Shown: positions 35,447 through 43,621 of the stretch, piece by piece
How positions within the stretch are numbered: the stretch's first letter is position 1
Layout of the letters: the number at the start of each line of letters is the position of its first letter
IMG/VR virus record: IMGVR_UViG_3300049427_000004
Location: 32,001-96,000 of that record
Reading direction: 5' to 3' (one strand)
DNA: 64,000 nt
DNA from: a virus
Program-made: the position numbers and the translations under genes
Notes under the pieces: generated by a model
Told to the model about the DNA's origin: nothing
The model's input: only the letters and a program-made list of their open reading frames with translations
The model's database searches: none

Positions 35447-35717
35447 TGGTTTCCTTTTTCAATTCAGTAAGCAATAGCATTGCATATCCACACAAGTCAA
35501 GACAGGTATCTTCTGAACTTTCTTTAACTTTTATTTCAGATCCTTTTATAATGTTCTTCAGACGTTTAATCTTATCGTCCATACGCATTACGCCAGAAAC
35601 GATGCCATACTCCTTGTATGATTCACTGAAAGAAGATCCATAATCATGATCTTTCTTAATCAATAATTCAATTACTTCTTGACCTACTTCGCGAATCCAT
35701 TCTTCTTGAGTTTTCAA
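35433..35717 (-). CDS. Nucleotide modification-associated domain 1 (DUF1599-like) protein
   Basis: KKDHDYGSSF...RMDDKIKRL...DTCLDLCGYAML. Confidence 0.75.
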   Translation of the reverse strand: MKTQEEWIREVGQEVIELLIKKDHDYGSSFSESYKEYGIVSGVMRMDDKIKRLKNIIKGSEIKVKESSEDTCLDLCGYAMLLLTELKKETNEKN

Positions 35718-35725
35718 ATATACAC

Positions 35726-36295
35726 CTAGCTTTCATTTTTCTTTATTACTTTTACCACTAATTTTTTTCTACCAAACTCCAGCGCCTCTTCAACTGTTTC
35801 CATATAAATATCTAATTTACCAGCCTTAATTGCCCCTCCACGGTCTTCACAGACGAATGTGGTGTCAAAGTAAGGTACGAATAGCTCAGTGCCAAATGGC
35901 ATTGATTTTGGGCAAGCAGCTGTGTGCATTGCTTTGGTTTTAACTCCACTCGCAGTGATACCATAGCCCTTTTCACCTTTGCGCTTTTGTGTGCTCTCAT
36001 ATCCGTTTGTGTAAGCCGTTAAAACATATATTTCAAAGCCCTTTTCATCCTCAAACCTGAGAATTTTGACCTCTGATTTAACTTTTAAGTCTAATCTCTC
36101 TTTAAGAAAACCTCTTTTTATTGCATTATGTATTTTCACATTTCTTTTTTTAATACCCTCGATCAATTGAACAGTGAATATAGATGAATCTTTATATGTA
36201 TGTGTATTTGCCTCAATACTCACATTGCTGGTTTTAACATCTGAGAATGAAGTTAAGACAACCAACAGGAATATTGAAAGAATAACTCTTCCCAT
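35726..36295 (-). CDS. Exported 3D-domain (MltA-like) cell-wall protein
   Basis: N-terminal signal peptide; LTAYT, GITASG, PFGT, CEDRGGAIKAGKLDIY. Confidence 0.9.
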   Translation of the reverse strand: MGRVILSIFLLVVLTSFSDVKTSNVSIEANTHTYKDSSIFTVQLIEGIKKRNVKIHNAIKRGFLKERLDLKVKSEVKILRFEDEKGFEIYVLTAYTNGYESTQKRKGEKGYGITASGVKTKAMHTAACPKSMPFGTELFVPYFDTTFVCEDRGGAIKAGKLDIYMETVEEALEFGRKKLVVKVIKKNES

Positions 36296-36876
36296 TCATA
36301 CCTCCTAGATATTCGTATTAATAAAGATACCTCCAGAGTATTGCTTATTATGACTTTCCTCTGGAGGTTGACTGTATAACTTATTAATTTAATTATTCTT
36401 CCACTTCTACTGACCCTATCTCTTTAACAATAATTGTAACATTTTCAATTGAAAGATCGTTTGCAATAAGATATTTATGCGCAACTTCAAATTCTGCACT
36501 TTTTGCGTTTTTAGCAACAACCTTTTTGTCTACCAAAATTTCTCGTCTCTTACCTACTACAAGCACGTTATACAATGTTTCCATATTGTCTTCAGTCTCC
36601 TTTTTTAATTTACTTTCATACAAGCGTAAACGTAAATTTTTAATAAAGTTCTGTTCTCTGCTAAGTGGCATAGTATCACTTTCTTTCAAGTAACTTAAAC
36701 CTATTATCACTGTATTGACTGGTAGTGGTTTAGCTAAGCTATGTATATCAGTATTTTTACCTATGATCTCCATAAAATCCTCCAATCATTAAAAAACTAG
36801 ACTCTGAAAAGTCAATGTTTATATAGGTTTTTCAGAGTCTGTAAGGCATTAAAATATCTCTTTCATGACCTATGTA

Positions 36877-38133
36877 TTAAACAGTTACTTTAGGTAGTTC
36901 TTTCACATAATTAAGCCCAACGGTTAATTTATCTACGTCTTCAACTTTTCGATAATCTCCCCCAAAGATCTCTTTGAATTTTGGCACAATAACTTTATTA
37001 ATAGTTACACCATCAAACAATTTAATCTCAGCAGTGATTGTTTCAATCAATTCTTTTGCAGTCTCAATCAATGCCTGTGCTTTTTCTTCTTCTTGCTCTT
37101 GCTCAATCTCTTTGATCACTTCTTCAGAAAACGCTTGAGCCTTTTCTTCACGTTGCTCAATCTCAACTTTACGCAATTCCTCAATGGATTCATTACCATC
37201 CAACTGACCTTCAACAGCTTCCTTAAACACATCTACAAACTCTTTGATGCCATAGGGAACTTTTTCAGGAAGATTTACAAAGCGACCACCAGCAATACTG
37301 ATGTAGTTTGACTCACGGAAATACATGAATGTTTGAGACTCATGGAAATTAGTTGCGATCTCTTTACCGCTTTTACTTTCAGCATTTTTCGTGAGCTCTT
37401 TCCCTGTTTTATCAGTAGCTTTAACTTCGTTATGCAAGCAGCAAATCAAGTCAGCCTGAGATTGAAAAACTTTACGACAAGTAGCATTCATCATAAGCTC
37501 GATTGAGTTGTATTTTACTCCATCAATCAATTCAGTAGTTTTCTCTTTAGTCCATGCCAAGTTAATAATACCGTAGCCTGAACCTCGAAGATTATCTACA
37601 GGACGCTTCAACTCATCATAAAGGTTGTTCCAAACGTTCTCCTTGTAGATCTTTGATTCTGATAGCTCTTGAATAGAAGTAAACCCATTGTTTGGATACT
37701 TGATATTCGCTTCGTTTACAATATAAGCTGAAGCACAATCGATTAGTCTATCTACTGTATCGAATCCAATAACTTTTGATGTTCTACCTTCTTTAGATTC
37801 CTGAACCAAACCACCAACAATATCCTTTTTGAAATAAACCCATTTGTCTGCGTCCATCTCGATTTCTGTCTTAACTTTTACCTTTCCGTTTCTACCGATC
37901 TCATCAGGTGCTCTATACTCAGCCATATCGATGAATGATTTCAACTTCCATGATTTATAACCTGTTTCAAAAGCAATTAGCAATCCAGCATCAGGTTCAT
38001 CAGGATACATGTATTCGAGCAGCTCTTTCCAAAGTCGTGTTTTACCAGCTTTATAAGTACCTGCGATAAGAAGAATATACGATTGTAAATCTACACGCGG
38101 AATATTTTGTTTAACATTTTTACGAAATGACAT
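36877..38133 (-). CDS. AAA ATPase (Sak4/AAA_24-like recombination protein, SPbeta YorG-like)
   Basis: Walker A AGTYKAGKT, IGFDTVD Walker B; adjacent to SSB-like gene. Confidence 0.7.
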   Translation of the reverse strand: MSFRKNVKQNIPRVDLQSYILLIAGTYKAGKTRLWKELLEYMYPDEPDAGLLIAFETGYKSWKLKSFIDMAEYRAPDEIGRNGKVKVKTEIEMDADKWVYFKKDIVGGLVQESKEGRTSKVIGFDTVDRLIDCASAYIVNEANIKYPNNGFTSIQELSESKIYKENVWNNLYDELKRPVDNLRGSGYGIINLAWTKEKTTELIDGVKYNSIELMMNATCRKVFQSQADLICCLHNEVKATDKTGKELTKNAESKSGKEIATNFHESQTFMYFRESNYISIAGGRFVNLPEKVPYGIKEFVDVFKEAVEGQLDGNESIEELRKVEIEQREEKAQAFSEEVIKEIEQEQEEEKAQALIETAKELIETITAEIKLFDGVTINKVIVPKFKEIFGGDYRKVEDVDKLTVGLNYVKELPKVTV

Positions 38134-38237
38134 TTTTATTAAATCTCTCCCTTAAGTTAAGTTTTTTTGTCTGCACCTATTTCTAGATGCAGAACGTATT
38201 ATATGTATTTCATTTTTTATTAATATGTATTTAATTA

Positions 38238-39347
38238 TTAAAAAGGAAGGCTATCTTCTGCAAATGGATCTGAGGAATCAGAAGCAAATGGATCAGAACT
38301 CTCATTTACAAACGGACTATCTTCTTTAGGATTAGACATTTCTTCATCCTTTAGATACTCGATTAGTTTTGTCTTTTGCACATAGCTAACAATTTCAAGA
38401 CCTTTCTTTTCTCCAGTCACAACTTTTTCTTGGCGAATTGTTTTATCGCCTTCTTCAATGTCTGCGAATGGATCATCACTTTCGAAACTATCAACTACAT
38501 CAACATAACTAATAATTGCACGATTGTTATCTGCTCCGATTACTTCAATAAAGTCACGATATTCAAGTGTTGCGAATGCATCTGCAAGTGATTTTTTACC
38601 TTCTGCCACTTCTTTCTGATATACAACAAGTTCAGCGTCTTCGACCTTACTACGTTCTTTTCCATAAGAAAGCACTACTGCTTTCACTGTTGTATTACCA
38701 GTGTTCTCATTCTGTGTTGCACTTTTAACTCCAATTTGCAAATTAAAATAATTTACTTCTTTGAAATCAGGTGAATTGAAGTCACAGACATAGTTAACCT
38801 TAGTATCTTTATCAATTTTAATTTCTTGACCGTCTTCTACAGCATTGAGACTCTTAATCATGCGCTTAGTGATGATCATTGGAGTGCCATCATCTGTGGT
38901 GAAGCTGCTGAATTCATAGAACCCTTTTACTTCAACCCATTTGTCTGTATCAACGAGTTTTCCATACTCTTCTGTATTATCCCAATCCGTACCACCCAAA
39001 ACGTTATATGTATTGTCAGGAAACTTTTCTTTGTCAAAGCGGTCAGCCCAAGGCACTTCAACTGATTTACCAGTTGCACTACTATAAGGATATACAGACT
39101 TCATTTCCATTCCGTTTAGTTCAAGCTTCAGATCGTTACTATAAGCTGTCTCTAGGCTGAATGTTAGAACTCGACGAGGTTTCTTGGTTTGTGTAAGGCT
39201 TTCTTTAAAGTAAGGAACATCTTGCCACTCTTTATTCTCATCTTGCTTACGAACTGGTTTTACTTTACCTACAAAATGAAAATAATTTTTAAACTCTTTG
39301 CCACCATGTTTCTTATTCAACTTCACCAACGGTTTTTCTTTAGCCAT
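38238..39347 (-). CDS. Putative single-stranded DNA-binding protein
   Basis: beta-rich sequence with acidic tail ending DPFAEDSLPF; synteny with the Sak4-like ATPase. Confidence 0.65.
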   Translation of the reverse strand: MAKEKPLVKLNKKHGGKEFKNYFHFVGKVKPVRKQDENKEWQDVPYFKESLTQTKKPRRVLTFSLETAYSNDLKLELNGMEMKSVYPYSSATGKSVEVPWADRFDKEKFPDNTYNVLGGTDWDNTEEYGKLVDTDKWVEVKGFYEFSSFTTDDGTPMIITKRMIKSLNAVEDGQEIKIDKDTKVNYVCDFNSPDFKEVNYFNLQIGVKSATQNENTGNTTVKAVVLSYGKERSKVEDAELVVYQKEVAEGKKSLADAFATLEYRDFIEVIGADNNRAIISYVDVVDSFESDDPFADIEEGDKTIRQEKVVTGEKKGLEIVSYVQKTKLIEYLKDEEMSNPKEDSPFVNESSDPFASDSSDPFAEDSLPF

Positions 39348-39511
39348 TATTATTATCTACTCCCTTATTTTTGTTTCTAATTTTTTATGTATAACACTAT
39401 TATGAGGTAAGGGAGTAACAAGGTGGATCTCGACCATAATCTATGGTTCATCACATCCTTTCAATATTGCGTTTCTATGTCATCACTCAGTTTCAAGTGT
39501 TGATTTATTAA

Positions 39512-39589
39512 TGGTGGACTCTGTGGGGCACGATCCCACAACCTACCGCTTATGAGACGGTTGCTGCTAACCAGTTGAGCTAAGAGTCC
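39512..39589 (-). tRNA. tRNA with CAU anticodon, most likely Ile2 (lysidine type), CCA encoded
   Basis: GGACTCT/AGAGTCC acceptor stem, A73 and CCA; anticodon arm ACCGT-CTCATAA-GCGGT; 5' GGAC..TAGCTCA resembles Bacillus tRNA-Ile2; T-loop is atypical (ATCGTGC). Confidence 0.85.
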
Positions 39590-39595
39590 TTAATT

Positions 39596-39689
39596 TGAGG
39601 ACGGAAGGGATTGAACCTTCCCAACGCACCAGCGTCAATACAGGATTCGAACCTGAGTGATCCGTCGATCTTGGCCTTCCAGCATCCTC
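39596..39689 (-). ncRNA. 94-nt tRNA-like RNA (class II-like; possible Ser(CGA) or double-T-loop RNA)
   Basis: GAGGATG/CGTCCTC 7-bp acceptor stem, T-arm GAAGG-TTCAATC-CCTTC, hairpin CAGG-TTCGAAT-CCTG, long variable arm GACGC-TGGT-GCGTT; abnormal D region; no CCA. Confidence 0.55.
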
Positions 39690-39763
39690 ATGAAATGTAC
39701 GATTTATTATCTTTTGCTTTATAAGATGCAGCTACATCTCAATCAGCTCCTTTCGGTAGGATC

Positions 39764-39793
39764 AATTTATCACTTTGAATTAATAATTGTCAA
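39764..39793 (-). promoter_or_regulatory. SigA-type promoter for the tRNA/SSB transcript
   Basis: TTGACA-N18-TAAATT with extended TG. Confidence 0.6.
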
Positions 39794-40083
39794 CGTTTTT
39801 ATTTTTTCTTTTTATTATCTATACTTCAACCTTTTACACTCAGATGCTTCTAGATAATAATGACACGAAACACTCCTTCAATCAGTTCCACTTCTTTTTT
39901 CTCAATATCAGAAACGAAAGTAATCCAACTCCTATATGCCTCTGATTCAAACACTTCACCATACTGCTTCAGAGTTTCAATATCTATGGTATATACTCTG
40001 TAACGATGACTCATGCGTGAATCCTCCATTCTCTTAAGGCTTCCTACCTATGCAGAGAAGCCTTGTAATTGAAATAAAATTGT

Positions 40084-40308
40084 TTAGCTTTTAACTGACA
40101 TGTATTCATTTGTAGTCGATTCAATTGCATCTATATCACCTCTGAAAACAGTGATCCATTTCGATAATTCATGCATATTTATTACATTTTCTTTTAAAAC
40201 TGAGTATGTATTTGAAGCTTTATCAATTCCACAGCAATGTTCAATCCACAACAGAAAGCTATCAGGATCATCTTCCCATTTCTCTAGTAAATCATCAATA
40301 TTAATCAA
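40084..40308 (-). CDS. Hypothetical protein downstream of the LytTR gene
   Basis: TTG start at 40308 after RBS GAGGGGG. Confidence 0.55.
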   Translation of the reverse strand: MINIDDLLEKWEDDPDSFLLWIEHCCGIDKASNTYSVLKENVINMHELSKWITVFRGDIDAIESTTNEYMSVKS

Positions 40309-40438
40309 AATTGCTTCCCCCTCTGAATTCACTAGACAATATTTCCTATATATGTAGTATATAAGATCTATATATGGAAATGAATGATCAATTGCTATTA
40401 AAATTATGTATTGACACATAAGCATTTTTTTGCTCTTG

Positions 40439-40508
40439 TGTCGACAAAAAAAGGATAAAGTGTCGAAAAAGACTCAATCCATTGTAATGAACAGAATACT
40501 TTGTCGAA
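40439..40508 (+). promoter_or_regulatory. Cluster of Spo0A-box-like direct repeats
   Basis: TGTCGAC (40439), TGTCGAA (40461), TGTCGAA (40502); 0A consensus TGNCGAA. Confidence 0.5.
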
Positions 40509-40567
40509 TACTGTAGATTACTGATATTTTTCTTTTGTGATCACGCAAATCCAACGCAAAAACTAAA

Positions 40568-41071
40568 CTATCTGCTCCCTAATGGCGAATATTCAAATAC
40601 GTCTCTTACTGACTTATTGAGGTATAGATCTCTTTCTTTACCTAATTCAGATTTTAGTACACCTCTAATCGCAGCTCCAGATACAGGAATAGAATGCTCT
40701 TTTGTGAAGTAAACACGATGTAAATTAGAGTGATACCATTGAATCATTTTCATATTAACCAATAATCCATTATCTAATTTCTTAAACTTGAAATTATCTA
40801 CAAGATGATCCTGCATGAACTCTAGATTCACATTAGAAGTTATCACCTCTCCAGTAACGAGAAAGATATTCGTTACATTATTTTTAGGATTGATAGCGTA
40901 TAGAATGGCTTCTACATCTACATTTTTTGCTCTATCTATTTTAACGGGAATGGAAATAAATTGTCCATTCTCCAGATTTTCCGAAATCCAATCACCTAAC
41001 TCCGCAAACTCATACTGCATAAAATTCTGCTCGTTGATTGTTTCTTTAATAAAATCTCTTCTAGTTTTCAT
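40568..41071 (-). CDS. LytTR DNA-binding domain protein without receiver domain
   Basis: NVDVEAILY...NLEFMQDHL..FKKLDNGLLVNMKMI...RVYF...IPVS follows the LytTR pattern; no REC-sized N-terminus. Confidence 0.65.
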   Translation of the reverse strand: MKTRRDFIKETINEQNFMQYEFAELGDWISENLENGQFISIPVKIDRAKNVDVEAILYAINPKNNVTNIFLVTGEVITSNVNLEFMQDHLVDNFKFKKLDNGLLVNMKMIQWYHSNLHRVYFTKEHSIPVSGAAIRGVLKSELGKERDLYLNKSVRDVFEYSPLGSR

Positions 41072-41181
41072 TAAAGTACACCTCATTTCGTTTAATTGAT
41101 GTTAATCGGGTTGTGATTTGCTTGAGTGTACCCCATAAGGCACACCCAAGCATAGTTATGTATTGTTATAAAAATTATGTA

Positions 41182-41286
41182 TTACTTACGCGGATCTAAA
41201 AACCAAACAATTTTTGATGTTGTGATGACAGTTGGGATTGCTAGAATGAGCGCTAACAAAGCTGTTGCGACAGATGACTTTTTAAT
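41182..41286 (-). CDS. AgrD-like (cyclic lactone autoinducer) propeptide, about 34 aa
   Basis: (M)KKSSVATALLALILAIPTVITTSKIVWFLDPRK; RBS GGAGGTG 8 nt before an in-frame ATT (ATG at 41301 is an alternative start); same operon as AgrB. Confidence 0.6.
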   Translation of the reverse strand: MKKSSVATALLALILAIPTVITTSKIVWFLDPRK

Positions 41287-41308
41287 ATTTCTCACCTCCA
41301 TTATAAAA

Positions 41309-41977
41309 TTAACGATACTCATAGTTATCTCTTCTAAAAGAAAGATATAGCAGAATGAGAGTTGAAACAATTAATACGAAAACAAAGATAAGTATTAAGT
41401 GAACATTATTATCATGATGCATACAAATATAGAGAACTCCACTTATAATTAAGATCAATGATACAGTAGCTGTTAGAAATTTTGTGTGTCCACCTTTATC
41501 CAAAGTAAAAGAAAAACCACTTTTACTCCAAATAATGTACAAAGATATTGTTGTTATAAGTGCAGCGTTAATGCTTTGTGTGAAGTAAGCTTTAGTTGAA
41601 AAGGAAGACATTAAATCATTTTCCGTTAGAACTCCGTAATGTAAAAATAATAATACAAGTACTGTTTGAATTAATGTAACTATAACTATTCCTACAGAAG
41701 AAGTGATAAGCATATGTAACTTCTTTTTCTTTGTGATTATAAACAAGAGAATCCAAATTATAAGAAGGTTTATGATTATTGGAGAGACAAAATCGTAAAC
41801 ATTAAATACTACTAGAAGGTATGTGAGAAATGTTGAACCGAGTGTGAGTATTACTAGTTCTTTTTTATAATAAGCAGGATACATATTAAAAAACGCTAAG
41901 ATAAAGAGAAACAAACTAAAATACTCTAGAGAGCTAAAAAACATATACCCTGCAAAATTCACAAAATGATCAACCAT
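41309..41977 (-). CDS. Polytopic membrane protein resembling the AgrC sensor domain, with no kinase domain
   Basis: About 7 hydrophobic segments over 222 aa; the ORF stops just after the last TM with no H-box or HATPase motifs. Confidence 0.7.
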   Translation of the reverse strand: MVDHFVNFAGYMFFSSLEYFSLFLFILAFFNMYPAYYKKELVILTLGSTFLTYLLVVFNVYDFVSPIIINLLIIWILLFIITKKKKLHMLITSSVGIVIVTLIQTVLVLLFLHYGVLTENDLMSSFSTKAYFTQSINAALITTISLYIIWSKSGFSFTLDKGGHTKFLTATVSLILIISGVLYICMHHDNNVHLILIFVFVLIVSTLILLYLSFRRDNYEYR

Positions 41978-41983
41978 CTTCTT

Positions 41984-42508
41984 CTACCGCCTCTTCACTC
42001 TTATTAAATCAAACCCTAAAACTAACCACATTGAAAGAAGGATTTCATTAACATAAAACGACATAACACAAAGTAATAAAGATATTATTTTCTTTGTGTA
42101 GAAGTGTTTTGATTCGTCATTGAAAGGTGCAAATATACTGTGCAAAACAATTGCAGTTATGAATGAAATAGTTGGATAATCTTGAACTATGTAGGATAAT
42201 GGAATCACTCCTAGTATAACTCCTATAGTTAAAAAGTAACAGATATCAACTGAAAAATGATGCCCACCATTCCACCATCTAATAAATGCAAATGAGATAA
42301 ATGACAAGAAAAGCTCTAACCATAATCCTGTTATCCACCCAAAGATTAAAAGTGTTAATGTAACTGCTATGTATAGAAGAATAATTTTCAATCTGTTTTG
42401 AATTTCCGTTAAGTCATTATTTTGTTTTTTTATATTTTCTTTTGTTTCATTTTCTAATTGATTCCAGATCCAACTTCCTATGTGTAAAGCTGCTCTTTTT
42501 AGTAGCAA
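41984..42508 (-). CDS. agrB: AgrB-family peptide-processing membrane protease
   Basis: FIRWWNGGHHFSVDIC (conserved R..GG.H...C catalytic His/Cys) and FAPF motif; multiple TM helices. Confidence 0.8.
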   Translation of the reverse strand: MLLKRAALHIGSWIWNQLENETKENIKKQNNDLTEIQNRLKIILLYIAVTLTLLIFGWITGLWLELFLSFISFAFIRWWNGGHHFSVDICYFLTIGVILGVIPLSYIVQDYPTISFITAIVLHSIFAPFNDESKHFYTKKIISLLLCVMSFYVNEILLSMWLVLGFDLIRVKRR

Positions 42509-42533
42509 TTTTGCATCCCCTTCCGATGTACCT

Positions 42534-42563
42534 AATATATCATGTATTTACTATTCAAGTCAA
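42534..42563 (-). promoter_or_regulatory. SigA-type promoter of the agrB operon
   Basis: TTGACT-N18-TATATT with extended TG; the spacer contains AATACATG. Confidence 0.65.
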
Positions 42564-42611
42564 CGTTTTTTATTTAAATATATCATATTTTGTTTATATA
42601 AAAAAAGAAAA

Positions 42612-42631
42612 CCCTAGATCAATATCTAGGG
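42612..42631 (-). terminator. Hairpin terminator at the end of the YopR-like gene
   Basis: CCCTAGAT-attg-ATCTAGGG followed by a T-rich run on the minus strand. Confidence 0.6.
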
Positions 42632-43600
42632 CAATTGATAAACACTTTTCAGAACTTCTTCATTTAAAACGTCCTGTTTTAGACGATATAAATCACCCTC
42701 GGTCTTGTCGTTAAATCGATCCATAATCATGTCATAGTGCTCATCCACTATTTGATTATTATTGGACACGTATAGCTCTTTTAAATAATAGAGCATACCG
42801 CTCTTCGCAATATTAGCTGGTGTGAATGCAGGTTCGTCGATGCTTTTTGCAATTCTAGCCAGTGCGCTATATACAATGCTTACTCTGGCTTCATTGAAGC
42901 TTTTTACGCGAGTTTTTGCTGTACGAATTATATAATTATTTTCAACTAAAGTTGTGAATTCTGACTTTATATCAGCTGCTGGATCTCCATTTGCTTTGTG
43001 ATACCGTTCTTCATTGTAAGCGTTCATACAGATATCAATAGTTTCTTCTGGAACAGGTATGGTTCTACTAAGAGTGTTATCATCATGTAGATGAAGTCTG
43101 TGATTCGCAATATCTATGCTTTCTCTTTGTAAATTTAGTAATTCAGAACCACCTGTGCCCATCACGCCCTGAAAAATCAATTCAATTATCGCTTTATCTC
43201 GATGATTTACTCTGCCTCTGATTATTTTATTGATTTCGTCTCTAGTCCAAAACCTTTTCAGTACTTTGTTCGCGAACATTTGCTTCCACTCAGTATCAAC
43301 GAAGTCTAAAGGGTTAGTTCCAGTCTTATATCCAAGTTCTAAATTCCAATCAATATATTTCGATACATATGCTACGTTTGCCCCACTGGAAGCTTTTGTG
43401 GCTGGTCTAAAGAGATAAAATAGCTTCAATAGATCATCACGATTGAAATCAGCTAAGTCCTTATCGAGTTGTTCTTCAAGAGGTTGAGACACTTTAAAGA
43501 TTCTTGCGTTAATTTCTCTCGTTCCCTTGCTTTTAGTTGCCAGATATTCAAATTTGCGGTCTTGATTATATAGTCGGTCTTCATAGACAACATTAGACAT
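42626..43600 (-). CDS. SPbeta YopR/SroF-like master repressor (catalytically degenerate tyrosine-recombinase fold)
   Basis: 324 aa; YIDW, DKAIIELIFQGV, SELLNL, LVENNYIIRT and TPANIAKSG match my recollection of YopR; catalytic R and HxxR absent; follows a YopQ-like gene. Confidence 0.75.
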   Translation of the reverse strand: MSNVVYEDRLYNQDRKFEYLATKSKGTREINARIFKVSQPLEEQLDKDLADFNRDDLLKLFYLFRPATKASSGANVAYVSKYIDWNLELGYKTGTNPLDFVDTEWKQMFANKVLKRFWTRDEINKIIRGRVNHRDKAIIELIFQGVMGTGGSELLNLQRESIDIANHRLHLHDDNTLSRTIPVPEETIDICMNAYNEERYHKANGDPAADIKSEFTTLVENNYIIRTAKTRVKSFNEARVSIVYSALARIAKSIDEPAFTPANIAKSGMLYYLKELYVSNNNQIVDEHYDMIMDRFNDKTEGDLYRLKQDVLNEEVLKSVYQLP

Positions 43601-43621
43601 TTAAATTTCTCCTCACGAAAT

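Noticed and set aside
36329-36368. 10-bp inverted repeat ACCTCCAGAG/CTCTGGAGGT as an RBS switch
   Set aside because: The actual RBS of the 3D gene lies about 25 nt further downstream, outside the stem; probably a terminator or processing hairpin.
42626-43600. Active prophage integrase
   Set aside because: The catalytic Arg and HxxR positions are replaced (GGSELL, TPANIAKSG); it resembles the YopR repressor instead.
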